62,476 nucleotides of DNA, filler included, from Candidatus Omnitrophota bacterium (GCA_015233495.1; 3 parts of 3 records of this genome joined end to end with filler, not necessarily neighbours in it); one strand, 5' to 3'; positions 41,414 through 51,376 are shown, numbered from the whole stretch's first letter. The notes: generated by a model from the sequence alone, not told the origin. Made by a program: numbers and translations.

Positions 41414-41517
41414 TCTTGAGCATATCCCGGATCTGCTCAAGGCCGCTCAAGGTCGTGAAATTTGAATTGACGCCGGCCGGATTCTTGTATAACATGATTT
41501 CCTTCAAAACACCTTTC

Positions 41518-41589
41518 GTCCCTATAGCACAATGGATAGTGTGTAAGCCTCCGGAGCCTAAGATGTAGGTTCGATTCCTACTAGGGACG
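41518..41589 (+). tRNA. tRNA-Arg(CCG)
   Basis: Acceptor GTCCCTA/TAGGGAC, D-arm, anticodon loop CT-CCG-GA, T-arm GTAGG-TTCGATT-CCTAC; one anticodon-stem mismatch; no encoded CCA. Confidence 0.92.
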
Positions 41590-41613
41590 TTTTTAATCCT
41601 CTCGAAAAGTTTT

Positions 41614-41953
41614 ATGAATAATTTTGCTTTTATAGACAGCCAGGATTTGAATCTTGCCATAAGGGACCAAGGATGAGCATTGGACTTCAACAACAACCCC
41701 GGGCTGGAAAATTAAGGGAAATATTGATGCGGAATTAGTTTTATATGCAATGCTTGAATATCAAAATTATGATAAAGCCGTGATTGTTACCAGGGATGAA
41801 GATTTTCACTGTTTAATGGAATATTTTAAAAAGCGGGGGAAGTTGGGAAAGATCATTATTCCCAATAAAGAAAAATATTCATTTCTGCTTCGAAAATTTA
41901 AAAGTGATATGGCGTGGATGAATGATCTTTGCGGGAAGCTTGAATTAAAATAA
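41614..41953 (+). pseudogene. Degenerate NYN-domain (PIN-like) nuclease gene
   Basis: MNNFAFIDSQDLNL..DQG* (premature TGA), an internal deletion, then KGNIDAELVL..YDKAVIVTRDEDFHCL. Confidence 0.75.
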
Positions 41954-42127
41954 AAAAGGAGGGCATTCCGCAGGACAAGCCTTTTGGGTAACCCTCCATC
42001 GTGATACAGTTTAAATCATGTCGCCAATGTTCTTAACAGACGGCAGATGCTGTCCAAATTGGACATATTTGAATTTAAATATATATTTATTTTGCATTTT
42101 GTCAAGGAATTTGGAATCTGAAAAAAT

Positions 42128-42227
42128 NNNNNNNNNNNNNNNNNNNNNNNNNNNNNNNNNNNNNNNNNNNNTTAATTAATTAANNNNNNNNNNNNNNNNN
42201 NNNNNNNNNNNNNNNNNNNNNNNNNNN
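42128..42227. other. Artificial contig linker
   Basis: N44-TTAATTAATTAA-N44. Confidence 0.95.
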
Positions 42228-42280
42228 TACGAAATTCAGCGCCGCGCAGATCGAAGGATTTATTAACCAGCATTCACAGC

Positions 42281-42552
<272 letters not shown>

Positions 42553-42687
42553 ACTTGGCTTTTAAGTTCTTGTTGGCTAATACCGGGCGAACTTAAAGTC
42601 CGCCCTTACTTCATTTAGGAATTTTTTGGAAATAAGATGTCAAAGATCTGTTGGACGCCAAAATATATGACGTTTAAGTGTTTGACA

Positions 42688-42716
42688 AGAATACACGATG
42701 ATCATATTTTTGTCAA
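42688..42716 (-). promoter_or_regulatory. Putative rrn promoter
   Basis: TTGACA-N17-TATTCT on the minus strand upstream of the 16S gene. Confidence 0.65.
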
Positions 42717-42795
42717 GGGAATTTCTTTTGAATTTTTAAATATTTTTCAAAGAGTGCGAATTTGATTTGCCGTCGAGGTATAAAGCTAAAGCCCT

Positions 42796-43704
42796 TTAGC
42801 GGAAAATACATTTTAAATTATCGCGCAAAATGTTCTGTTTGTCAAGCGGCATGAGCCGCGCCCCTTCGACCGCTTGGACTGTTTTAGAAATGTTCTGATT
42901 AGCCGGAAAATCACTGCCAAAAATAATGTGCCGGCTATCCGTCATTTCCAAAGCGCAGCAGAGCGCGGCCGGAGAATTCGCGCCGCTCATATCCAGATAT
43001 ATATTCTGAAAATAGCTCCCCGGCGATTTTCCGAGATCCTTCACCAAGCCGCGGCCGCGCAGCATCTCATACGTGTTATCGAATCGTTCTTTGACCCAAG
43101 GCAAAACGCCGCCGTAATAAGAAAAAATGAATTTAACATCGGGATATTTAAGAAAGATTTGCGACATCAGCATTTTGCCGATACAGATTGAAACGTCAAA
43201 AACATATTCGAGCACCGGAGTTAATAAAGGGTCCTTGACGCGCTCTTCGCCGATGGGATTGATGATCTGCGGGTGGACGTGAATCACTATATTCTTAGCC
43301 GCACAAAATTCATAAAGGGGCGCGAAATAATCATCGTCTAAATATCGGCCGTCATAACTAGAAGCCAAAGAGACCGCCGGGAATCCGTATTTATTAATCC
43401 GCGCCAATTCCGCGGCAAGCTCGGCGGGGTCATCCGCCGGAACAATCCCCGCGCCGCTCAACCGATCCGGATGTTGATCGACCAGCGCCGCGATCTCTTG
43501 ATTATACATTCGACAAACCTTAGCCCATCCTCCCATATTCAAATGCGCGTCGGTAGTCGGATAAAGCAAAAGCGCGCGTTCGATTTCATTCGCGTCCATC
43601 ACGGCAAGCAGTCTTGCGATATCTGACCAATGGGATTTAAAAAAAGCGGTATTTTTAGCGATATCCGGAGGAATATAATGTGCGTGGCCGTCAAAGATGC
43701 GCAT
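42796..43704 (-). CDS. Amidohydrolase_2 family protein (possible aromatic acid decarboxylase/hydrolase)
   Basis: DGHAH, HVHP, IFGSDFP. Confidence 0.85.
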   Translation of the reverse strand: MRIFDGHAHYIPPDIAKNTAFFKSHWSDIARLLAVMDANEIERALLLYPTTDAHLNMGGWAKVCRMYNQEIAALVDQHPDRLSGAGIVPADDPAELAAELARINKYGFPAVSLASSYDGRYLDDDYFAPLYEFCAAKNIVIHVHPQIINPIGEERVKDPLLTPVLEYVFDVSICIGKMLMSQIFLKYPDVKFIFSYYGGVLPWVKERFDNTYEMLRGRGLVKDLGKSPGSYFQNIYLDMSGANSPAALCCALEMTDSRHIIFGSDFPANQNISKTVQAVEGARLMPLDKQNILRDNLKCIFR

Positions 43705-43722
43705 AAGAAATTTTATCGCCGT

Positions 43723-43965
43723 TCATTTCACCGGCAGCATTTTATTTTCTTTCAAAATCTTCTCAACTTCGTCGAGAGCTTTCTTCAATTCCGCCAGCAA
43801 GGCGATGTTGATCGAAACGCCTTTCGCCGTCGGAACCATGTCGTCCGTGCCCTGGGTCATGGTCCAAGTGCGGATGTCAACCAGATCATTGCCCTTGAAT
43901 TCCCGAATGCCAATGCGCACTTCTTGAAACTTATTTTTTTTAAACACCGCCACAGTTTTGTCCAT
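43723..43965 (-). CDS. PC4/YdbC-like ssDNA-binding protein
   Basis: EFKG..LVDIR.W......PTAKGVSI; GGAGG RBS. Confidence 0.82.
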   Translation of the reverse strand: MDKTVAVFKKNKFQEVRIGIREFKGNDLVDIRTWTMTQGTDDMVPTAKGVSINIALLAELKKALDEVEKILKENKMLPVK

Positions 43966-43985
43966 ACGGCGCCTCCATCCTCTGT

Positions 43986-44759
43986 CTACTTCGCTTGTTT
44001 TTGCTGATAATCGATGATCGGTTTTGTCCAAGGGGTCTGCTGATTGATCACCGCCAATTCTAACGGGCAAGCGTTGGCCGGCATCGATAGCGCAAACATG
44101 ACCATATCAACCACGGTTTGGGATGACATCAGCCGTTCCGATTGTTCTTGAGTGATGTTTGCCAGTTTTCCGGTCAAATCCGTATCAACAACGCCGGGTA
44201 AAATCGAGGTGATCTTGATGCCGTGATCGCGCATTTCCCAAAACAAGCCTTTTAAAAACGCGCGCAACCCGACTTTGATCGAGCTGTAGGTGACAAAGGT
44301 CCGCGGCACCGGATCGCAAAGGGTCGACCCGGAAACCATATTTATGATCGCGCCGCTTTTTTTCTCAATCATATGATTGATCACGAGACGGATCAATCGG
44401 ACATAACCTAAATAATTCACCATCACCAAATTTTCGATGTCTTCAATCGGTTGTTTTTCAAAAGGATATTGACTCGAAATCCCGGCGTTGTTGACGAGAA
44501 TATCAATGCCTCCGAATTCCTTCATCGTAGTCAAATACAATTTTTGCAGATCATCCAATTTTGCCGTGTCCGTAGGCAAGCCGATAATTTTGCCTTTGGC
44601 GTTTTTTTGAATTTCTTTCACCGCATCATTCAGCGCCTCAACTCCGCGCGCCGCGATCATCACATTGGCGCCGCATTCCGCCAATTTCATGGCTACGCTT
44701 TTCCCGATCCCCCGGCTCGCGCCGGTCACGATCGCGTCTTTTCCTTTAAGATCCATCAT
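43986..44759 (-). CDS. Short-chain dehydrogenase/reductase (candidate ketoreductase)
   Basis: TGASRGIG, NNAG, YxxxK (YSSIK), PGVVDT. Confidence 0.92.
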   Translation of the reverse strand: MMDLKGKDAIVTGASRGIGKSVAMKLAECGANVMIAARGVEALNDAVKEIQKNAKGKIIGLPTDTAKLDDLQKLYLTTMKEFGGIDILVNNAGISSQYPFEKQPIEDIENLVMVNYLGYVRLIRLVINHMIEKKSGAIINMVSGSTLCDPVPRTFVTYSSIKVGLRAFLKGLFWEMRDHGIKITSILPGVVDTDLTGKLANITQEQSERLMSSQTVVDMVMFALSMPANACPLELAVINQQTPWTKPIIDYQQKQAK

Positions 44760-45898
44760 GCTTCCCCCTTAATGATCCGGCGTAACGGCCAAAACAACGC
44801 GAGTAATAATACGCCGATTCCAAAAAATGTTAATCCAAAACCATAACGCACGAAATAACTGCTGATCAGAAACCCAATGCCTCCGCTGGCAAACCGCAAT
44901 GCCGAATTCAGACTCGCGATCATTGGCCGATGCTCATCCGGATAATCGGTCAGGATCGTGGAAATCCCGTTATGCCCGATGGTCCATCCCATGGAAAACA
45001 GGCATAAAACACCCGCCAGTCCCCAAAAAGGATATTTCCAGACGAGCAACATGGCCCCTGATCCCAGCGCCAGCAAACCGACAAAACAGGAACTGCCTCG
45101 GCCCTGTTGGTCGGAAACCTTGCCTCCGATCAATTGGCCGGCCAGACTCGCCATGGACATCATAATAAACAAAAAACTGACTGTCAATTTATCTAAGCCA
45201 TAATCTCTGGCGAGATAAACACCAAACCATTTTTGCGCCGCGTGGTACAACAAACTGATTGTCAGGATAAAAATAAATGTTTCGCGGATCCGCGTCTCCC
45301 GGAAAATCAAGGTATAATCCACCCGTGCCTGATGAGTCCGGCCCAACAGCGGCCATCGAAATGCCCAAAGCCAACCGGCTGTCAACGCCGCCATAATCGC
45401 CGGCACAATAAACAGCCAGCGCCACGACGCGATCCCGGCCAACACAATGCCTGCCAAAGATGAAAAAAAACTCGCGCCGAAAAACAGGCCGACCAACCGG
45501 CCGCGTTGGTTTTTTTCATACAAATCGCCGATCAGCATCAACGCCAGCGGCGTTATGCCGGCAGCGGCAATTCCCGCGCCCATACTACCGGCAAATAAGC
45601 CGAACAAAGTCCGGCTCACCGCGCAGACCAAACAGGAAATCCCGAATATCAAATAACAAAACCCCAATACTTTACGATAAGACACCTTGGTCGTCAAGGG
45701 CGCGTAAATGAGCGCGCCCAGACCATAGGGAATCATATAAAAATTGATCATCCGGGCGACCGCGATATCCGTCGAGCGCAACTCCCCGCTCATACTCGGG
45801 ATCACGATGGTCAGAGCCGCGAGATTGAAAGCAATAATCACGCTGCCGGCGCAAAGCAACAGGAAAATAATCCGATTCTCGGTCCGCTCATCCATCAT
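44756..45898 (-). CDS. MFS transporter (candidate exporter)
   Basis: About 12 TM helices; GGKVSDQQGR motif-A-like sequence. Confidence 0.9.
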   Translation of the reverse strand: MMDERTENRIIFLLLCAGSVIIAFNLAALTIVIPSMSGELRSTDIAVARMINFYMIPYGLGALIYAPLTTKVSYRKVLGFCYLIFGISCLVCAVSRTLFGLFAGSMGAGIAAAGITPLALMLIGDLYEKNQRGRLVGLFFGASFFSSLAGIVLAGIASWRWLFIVPAIMAALTAGWLWAFRWPLLGRTHQARVDYTLIFRETRIRETFIFILTISLLYHAAQKWFGVYLARDYGLDKLTVSFLFIMMSMASLAGQLIGGKVSDQQGRGSSCFVGLLALGSGAMLLVWKYPFWGLAGVLCLFSMGWTIGHNGISTILTDYPDEHRPMIASLNSALRFASGGIGFLISSYFVRYGFGLTFFGIGVLLLALFWPLRRIIKGEA

Positions 45899-46434
45899 TT
45901 GCAACCGAAGCCGTCGCGTTCTGACTGGAAGGAAGCGACGGCGGAGTGTCGCGCCCGGTCAGCGCGGCCGCAACATCCGCCGCAGGATTTTCCGCCGGAA
46001 GATTCCCTTTCGATGACCTCTTTAAAAATTTTCAGGTTGTGCTGTGAATGCTGGTTAATAAATCCTTCGATCTGCGCGGCGCTGAATTTCGTAAATCCGG
46101 GATCCAGTTCAAAATCCTGAATCCAGATCATCTGCGTCCCTTCCGGAGTCTCGTTATAAAACCAGACGATCTTCATGTATTTGAACGGGAACATCGGCTC
46201 GTGCCGGGATGCCACCGCGTATTTGTTTTCTTTATGCAGCCAGCGCTTAGACACCCAGGATTTGCCGTCATTGTCCGTCAAACGGAACGTGATCTCGTTC
46301 CCCTTGCGCTCCAGCACCTCCGCCTTCACATATTCCCCGCCGAACAATTCGGTCCAGCGTTCAATATGATTGGAAACATCAAACACCTTGTCATAAGGCG
46401 CGTTGATTGTGATTTCATTGCGGGTATGGCCCAT
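45895..46434 (-). CDS. Polyketide aromatase/cyclase (TcmN/WhiE-VI-like SRPBCC)
   Basis: GHTRNEITINAP, WTELF..EY..AEVL, SWVSKR, PFKYM.I.W, M.W.QDF. Confidence 0.85.
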   Translation of the reverse strand: MGHTRNEITINAPYDKVFDVSNHIERWTELFGGEYVKAEVLERKGNEITFRLTDNDGKSWVSKRWLHKENKYAVASRHEPMFPFKYMKIVWFYNETPEGTQMIWIQDFELDPGFTKFSAAQIEGFINQHSQHNLKIFKEVIERESSGGKSCGGCCGRADRARHSAVASFQSERDGFGCK

Positions 46435-46665
46435 TTAATCCTCCTGATGATTTTTTTTACGCCGGGTTTGTTCGATTGTACTTTTTCCAGCATGGTCCTC
46501 ATTATCTTTCAAAAATGTCAATAAACTTATAACTTCATCCTGAACGCGATCGTTATTCGGATATTGATATAACAAATCCCGCAGCAAGGCGCGGGCCTTA
46601 ATAAATTTTCGGCCTTTGATAAGGAAAGTTGCTGTATCTAAATAATTTTCAATTTCGGTTTTCAA
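46435..46665 (-). CDS. Small hypothetical helical protein
   Basis: 76-aa ORF packed between the two cyclase genes. Confidence 0.45.
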   Translation of the reverse strand: MKTEIENYLDTATFLIKGRKFIKARALLRDLLYQYPNNDRVQDEVISLLTFLKDNEDHAGKSTIEQTRRKKNHQED

Positions 46666-46679
46666 AGTCGAAATAAGAT

Positions 46680-47483
46680 TTATTCAATAATCGCTACCGC
46701 CCGGCACCACCCGGCGCCGGCGTTTTTTACGTTGACCGGGAAACAAGCTACCGTGAAGCCGAACGGCTTCGGGAGCGCGCCGAGATTGCCTAAACGTTCC
46801 ATGTGGCAATATTCCCTGCGGCGGCCCAAAAAATGCGACGGCCAGATTTTGGTTTTGTCTTTAGTGTCTAAAAATTCTTTAAACATACCGAAACAGGGGC
46901 GGTCAAGACCGATGGTGTCAATCCCGATCATTTTGACGCCCTGATCGAGGATGTATTCCACAGCCTCCGGCAGCATGCCGACGTATTTGTTCACATAATC
47001 GTCGGTGCCGAGCTGTTTGTCGCCGTCCGTGCGGATCAAGACAATATCCAGCGGCCGCAAGGTGTAATGAATTACGGACAGGGCCGCAACCACTTCGGAC
47101 TTTTTGATCACATCCGGAAATTTGAGATGCGTGAAATTTAAAACAACTCCGGGGCCGTAACACCATTCGAGCGGGACTTGATCAATGGTCTTGGACGGTT
47201 TGCCTTCGCAATGACTGCCGTAATGAAACGGCGCGTCAACGTGAGAACCCATGTGCACGGAGGAATGAACAATTTCCAATGACAGCATTTCGCCGTCTGG
47301 GATTTCATCAGCGCGTGCAGCACGTTCACCCCGGGCAAAACGTTCCCTGCCGCCGGGCTGTTTGCTCATCACGATTTCGTTAAAATGCTCAACTCCGTAA
47401 GCGTGCGTAATCCGGTCGATTTTCGCGGCGTGGGTTTCCTGCAAAGTATCGTCGATGGGCAGACTTAAATCAATGATTCGCAT
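46680..47483 (-). CDS. Cyclase-family (kynurenine formamidase-like) polyketide cyclase
   Basis: RIIDLS.PI, HMGSHVDAP.HYG, IGID...DRP, W.SH..GR.REYCH.E.L.NL, GAGWCRAVA. Confidence 0.85.
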   Translation of the reverse strand: MRIIDLSLPIDDTLQETHAAKIDRITHAYGVEHFNEIVMSKQPGGRERFARGERAARADEIPDGEMLSLEIVHSSVHMGSHVDAPFHYGSHCEGKPSKTIDQVPLEWCYGPGVVLNFTHLKFPDVIKKSEVVAALSVIHYTLRPLDIVLIRTDGDKQLGTDDYVNKYVGMLPEAVEYILDQGVKMIGIDTIGLDRPCFGMFKEFLDTKDKTKIWPSHFLGRRREYCHMERLGNLGALPKPFGFTVACFPVNVKNAGAGWCRAVAIIE

Positions 47484-47484
47484 T

Positions 47485-47715
47485 TTAGACCTTTGAGTTG
47501 ACAATCTCGACAATCTGCTTAAAGGTATGAGTTTTTTTCAGTTCATTGTCCTTTAACGGCACATTAAGAGTTTTTTTGATTGCCACGGAAATTTCAACCA
47601 GTTCAGTTGAATCAACGCCCAAACATTGGGCAATGGATTGATCCGGCTTGATCTCGTCAGCGGATACGTCAAGGGTTTTCATAATAATTTCTTTAATTTT
47701 TGCTTCGTTGGACAT
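47485..47715 (-). CDS. Acyl carrier protein
   Basis: 76 aa with the LGVDSTELVEI phosphopantetheine site. Confidence 0.9.
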   Translation of the reverse strand: MSNEAKIKEIIMKTLDVSADEIKPDQSIAQCLGVDSTELVEISVAIKKTLNVPLKDNELKKTHTFKQIVEIVNSKV

Positions 47716-47752
47716 TTTCAATCTCCCGATTGCTGTAGGGGCGCCCCCACAA

Positions 47753-48982
47753 TTATTTTTGTAAAACCAATACAGTGTTAATCCCGCCGCGGCCACGGCT
47801 GATGACAATGGCATTTTTGATAATTTTGTCAACCGGCTCATTTAAAACAAGGTTTAATCCGCACGCCGGATCCGGGTTATTGACATTGATCGTCGGCGGG
47901 ACCATGTCATTGCCCATCGCCAAACACGTTATGATCACGTCCAAGGCACCGGACGCGCCCAGCATATTCCCATAAATGGATTTTGGAGCGGAGCAAAGGA
48001 TTTCCTTGCCTTTAGCTCCGAAAGCCAAATGAATCGCTCGCGCTTCCGACAGGTCAGCGATTTTCGTGCCAGCTCCGTCTAAGCTGATATAGTCAATCGC
48101 GTCCGGCGATATTCCCGCGTCGTCTAAGGCGATCTTGATCGCATTGGCCAATTCCCGGCCGTCGGCCGCCGGATGGACCCGATCCACGCCGTCGGTGGTT
48201 GTCCCGTACCCAATGACATTCGCGTAAACTTTTACGCCGCGGTTTTGCGCGCGATCCAATTTTTCCAAAATAATAATTCCGGCGCCTTCGGCAATTGGGA
48301 AACCGTCCCGATTTACGTCGAACGGCCGATACGCGGTCGAAGGATTAGCGTTATTGGTTGTCAGCATCCCTGAAGTTTGACAACACAACAGCGCGTAAGG
48401 CGTGACCGGGGCTTCCATTCCGCCGGCTACGACAAAATCATCTTTTCCGGCCGCCAAAGTCCGGGCGCCGTAAGCTATGGCCATCAAAGAACTGGCCCGG
48501 TCCGCGACTACGGTTTTGCTATAGCCCTTCATTTGATAGCGGATCGAAATCTGGCCTTGCGGCGCAGCCGGAAACCACGCCGACGCGGCAAACGGGCTGA
48601 CGCCTTCCCGGCCTTCAATATAAAGATCGCGCAGTTCAGTTTCCGCAAACAACCAGCCGCCCAAGGCATTGCCCATAAAAATTCCGGCCCGGTCCAGATT
48701 TTCATTCGTCAAATCTAATTTCGCGTCAAGGATCGCCAGTTCGGCGCCAACCAAGGCCATGTGGGAAAACACGTCGATCTTCTTTAATAAACGGGACGAA
48801 ACATTGCTGTATGCGTCCAACTCATGCACATGACCCGCGATTCGTGACGTATATTTCGAAGCGTCAAACCGGGTAATGGGCTCAACCGCTGAACGGCCAT
48901 GCTTGATATTCGACCAGAATTTCCGCGGCTCAATCCCGCTGGGACTGACAATTCCAATTCCTGTTATCGCAATCTTTTCCAT
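47753..48982 (-). CDS. Type II PKS chain-length factor (KS-beta)
   Basis: KS fold without the catalytic Cys (VVADRASS); AWF.AA..GQISIR, YRPFD, DGAGT, APKS..G, RGRGG.N. Confidence 0.88.
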   Translation of the reverse strand: MEKIAITGIGIVSPSGIEPRKFWSNIKHGRSAVEPITRFDASKYTSRIAGHVHELDAYSNVSSRLLKKIDVFSHMALVGAELAILDAKLDLTNENLDRAGIFMGNALGGWLFAETELRDLYIEGREGVSPFAASAWFPAAPQGQISIRYQMKGYSKTVVADRASSLMAIAYGARTLAAGKDDFVVAGGMEAPVTPYALLCCQTSGMLTTNNANPSTAYRPFDVNRDGFPIAEGAGIIILEKLDRAQNRGVKVYANVIGYGTTTDGVDRVHPAADGRELANAIKIALDDAGISPDAIDYISLDGAGTKIADLSEARAIHLAFGAKGKEILCSAPKSIYGNMLGASGALDVIITCLAMGNDMVPPTINVNNPDPACGLNLVLNEPVDKIIKNAIVISRGRGGINTVLVLQK

Positions 48983-49118
48983 TCAATACACCTTTCTATC
49001 TATGTTGTTCTGGCACCCGCATAACGGTCGTGCTGACTGGGCACGACACTTCGTCGCCGCTTCGCTCTGCTCAAAACGCGGCGACTACGGGCGCCTGCAA
49101 GGGGCGCCCTACAACATT

Positions 49119-50381
49119 CTATTTTTCGTATCGTTTCAACACCATGGCCGTATGAATTCCGGAAAACCCGCTGGATGTTTTTAATAAATATTTGACTTTC
49201 TTTTCCCGCTTTACATTCGGCACATAATCCAAATCGCATTGCGGGTCGGGGTCGTTTTGATTGATAGTCGGAGGAATAATATTGCGTTCCATGGTCAGCG
49301 AGGAAATGACCAATTCCACGCCGTTCGCCCCGGCCAACGGATGCCCGATCATCGACTTCAACGAGGTGATCGGGATCTTATAAGCGTAATCTCCGAACAC
49401 CATTTTATACGCATTGGTTTCGAACACATCGTTCTGCCGCGTAGATGATCCGTGGCCGTTAATATAATCAATGTCCGTCGGCTGAATCCCCGCGTCTGCC
49501 AACGCCAATCGAATGCACTTGGCTTTCGCGTCGCCTTCCGGCGGCAAATCAGTCATGTGAAACGCGTTGTTGGTCGTGCCGAATCCGACAATCTCGGCGT
49601 AAATCCGCGCCCCGCGTTGTTTCGCGTGCTCCAATTCTTCGACCACCAAAATTCCGGCGCCTTCCGAAATGACAAACCCGTTGCGCTTCGCGTCAAACGG
49701 CCGCGAGGCTTTTTCCGGTTCATCATTTAAAGTCGACAAAACATTGACTGTGTCAAAACAGCCGAACGTCATCGGACAAATCGGGGCTTCGCTCGCGCCG
49801 GTCACCATGATGTCTGCGTCACCGTCACAAATCGTTTCAAACGAAAACCCGACCGAATCTGTCCCGGCAGTGCAACCCGTTGAGATCGTGTTGCAAACCC
49901 CCTTCAAGCCATATTTCGCCGAAATTTCCGACGACGGCGTGTTGAACATCGACGCGTCATACAAATCCGGACGAACCAAAGTCGGATCAATCGGGTTCTT
50001 ACCATTGTCCGTCACCAGCGCGAATTCCTCTTCCATCCACTTTGTGCCGCAGATCGCGTTGGCTAAGGAAACGCCAATCCTCTCCTTATTAATCGCCTTC
50101 AAATCCAAACCCGAATCTTTCAAGGCTTCCGCAGCGGCGACCATGGCGAATTGAACATAGCGGTCCATGCGCACCGCCTCGTCGAGGGTCAGCCCTAATT
50201 TTAACGGATCAAAATCGCTCACCTGAGCCGCGATTTTCGTGTTAAACGCGGACACATCAAATTCCGTGACCCGGCGAATCGCGGACACGCCATTGATCAT
50301 GGCGTTCCAACACGCCTCTTTGCCAATCCCGTTCGGAGCCACAACCCCAACCCCGGTAATCACCACTCTTCTTTTTTTCAT
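49119..50381 (-). CDS. Type II PKS ketosynthase (KS-alpha)
   Basis: STGCTAG active site, INGHGSST.QND, KSMIGH, SRPFD. Confidence 0.92.
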   Translation of the reverse strand: MKKRRVVITGVGVVAPNGIGKEACWNAMINGVSAIRRVTEFDVSAFNTKIAAQVSDFDPLKLGLTLDEAVRMDRYVQFAMVAAAEALKDSGLDLKAINKERIGVSLANAICGTKWMEEEFALVTDNGKNPIDPTLVRPDLYDASMFNTPSSEISAKYGLKGVCNTISTGCTAGTDSVGFSFETICDGDADIMVTGASEAPICPMTFGCFDTVNVLSTLNDEPEKASRPFDAKRNGFVISEGAGILVVEELEHAKQRGARIYAEIVGFGTTNNAFHMTDLPPEGDAKAKCIRLALADAGIQPTDIDYINGHGSSTRQNDVFETNAYKMVFGDYAYKIPITSLKSMIGHPLAGANGVELVISSLTMERNIIPPTINQNDPDPQCDLDYVPNVKREKKVKYLLKTSSGFSGIHTAMVLKRYEK

Positions 50382-50383
50382 AA

Positions 50384-51376
50384 TTAAAAACTTTCCTTTA
50401 ATGCTTTTGGCGATAAATAAATCCCTGTCCTTTCAACCTCGTGGACAAGGTCAACGATTTTTTCGTTCAGGACCGCGCTGGTCCGCATCTGTTTGGCCAA
50501 GGCAACTACCTCGCCGTTAATAAAATCAATTTCACTGGTCCTGCCGCGTTTGATACTTTGTAGAATTGAGCCATACACCGGCTCCTTGCTTAAAGAAGTC
50601 AAAGTCTTATTCAAAATCGCCGCGGCCTGTTCCTCCGGCATGGATGCCATTCCATAAACGCGCTCGACGGGAAATGCCGGCAGGGAAACCAAATCAACCT
50701 TGGCTTGCTGAACAATGGCCGCTCCTTCTTTCAAAAGCCGGACACTCAGACGGCAAAAATCCATATCCGCGAATGTTTCCTGCATGGACTTGCCTAACAA
50801 CGCGGGCAGACAATTATTAAAATTGACAAACAACTTCGTCCATTTCATTCCCGCGATGTTAGTAGAAACCGTGACCGGAAAGGCTTTTCGCAACACATCC
50901 GCGACCGCGTGGGTTTGAGCGTCCACTGGGCCATAAGGTTTGCCGATAATCCAATCGCCTTCAAAATTAAACGTCACCTTCCCCGGTTCGCAATAAGTCG
51001 CGCCAAACATCACAATACTGCTCAACAACCGTTCTTTCTCAATATGAATCCCGAGAATCGAATCAGCTTGAACCCCGTTTTGCGATGAAAGAATGATCCC
51101 ATTATCTAAAAATTTATTGTTATATTGATACGCGTCTTCCAAATCCTGAGTCTTCGTCGCGAAAATAACTAAATCATATTCCTGATCCAAACCGGTCAAT
51201 GCCCGAACCTTGATCGTTTCCCGGCCTCGCGCGCCGATGACCGTCAACCCGGATGCGTTCAAAACACGCACCCGTTCCGGGTCACGTGCGACCAGAGTGA
51301 CATCCTCTCCCGCTTTCGTTAAATATGCGGCCACTACCGAGCCAATCGCGCCAGCGCCGATGATAGCTATTTTCAT
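50384..51376 (-). CDS. Ketopantoate reductase-like (ApbA/PanE) 2-oxoacid reductase
   Basis: GAGAIG, QNG, KW.KL..N, S.LQS...GR.SEIDFING. Confidence 0.88.
   Translation of the reverse strand: MKIAIIGAGAIGSVVAAYLTKAGEDVTLVARDPERVRVLNASGLTVIGARGRETIKVRALTGLDQEYDLVIFATKTQDLEDAYQYNNKFLDNGIILSSQNGVQADSILGIHIEKERLLSSIVMFGATYCEPGKVTFNFEGDWIIGKPYGPVDAQTHAVADVLRKAFPVTVSTNIAGMKWTKLFVNFNNCLPALLGKSMQETFADMDFCRLSVRLLKEGAAIVQQAKVDLVSLPAFPVERVYGMASMPEEQAAAILNKTLTSLSKEPVYGSILQSIKRGRTSEIDFINGEVVALAKQMRTSAVLNEKIVDLVHEVERTGIYLSPKALKESF

Noticed and set aside
47753..50381. Ordinary fatty-acid synthase FabF pair
   Set aside because: The second KS lacks the catalytic Cys, has CLF motifs and is accompanied by aromatase and cyclase genes.
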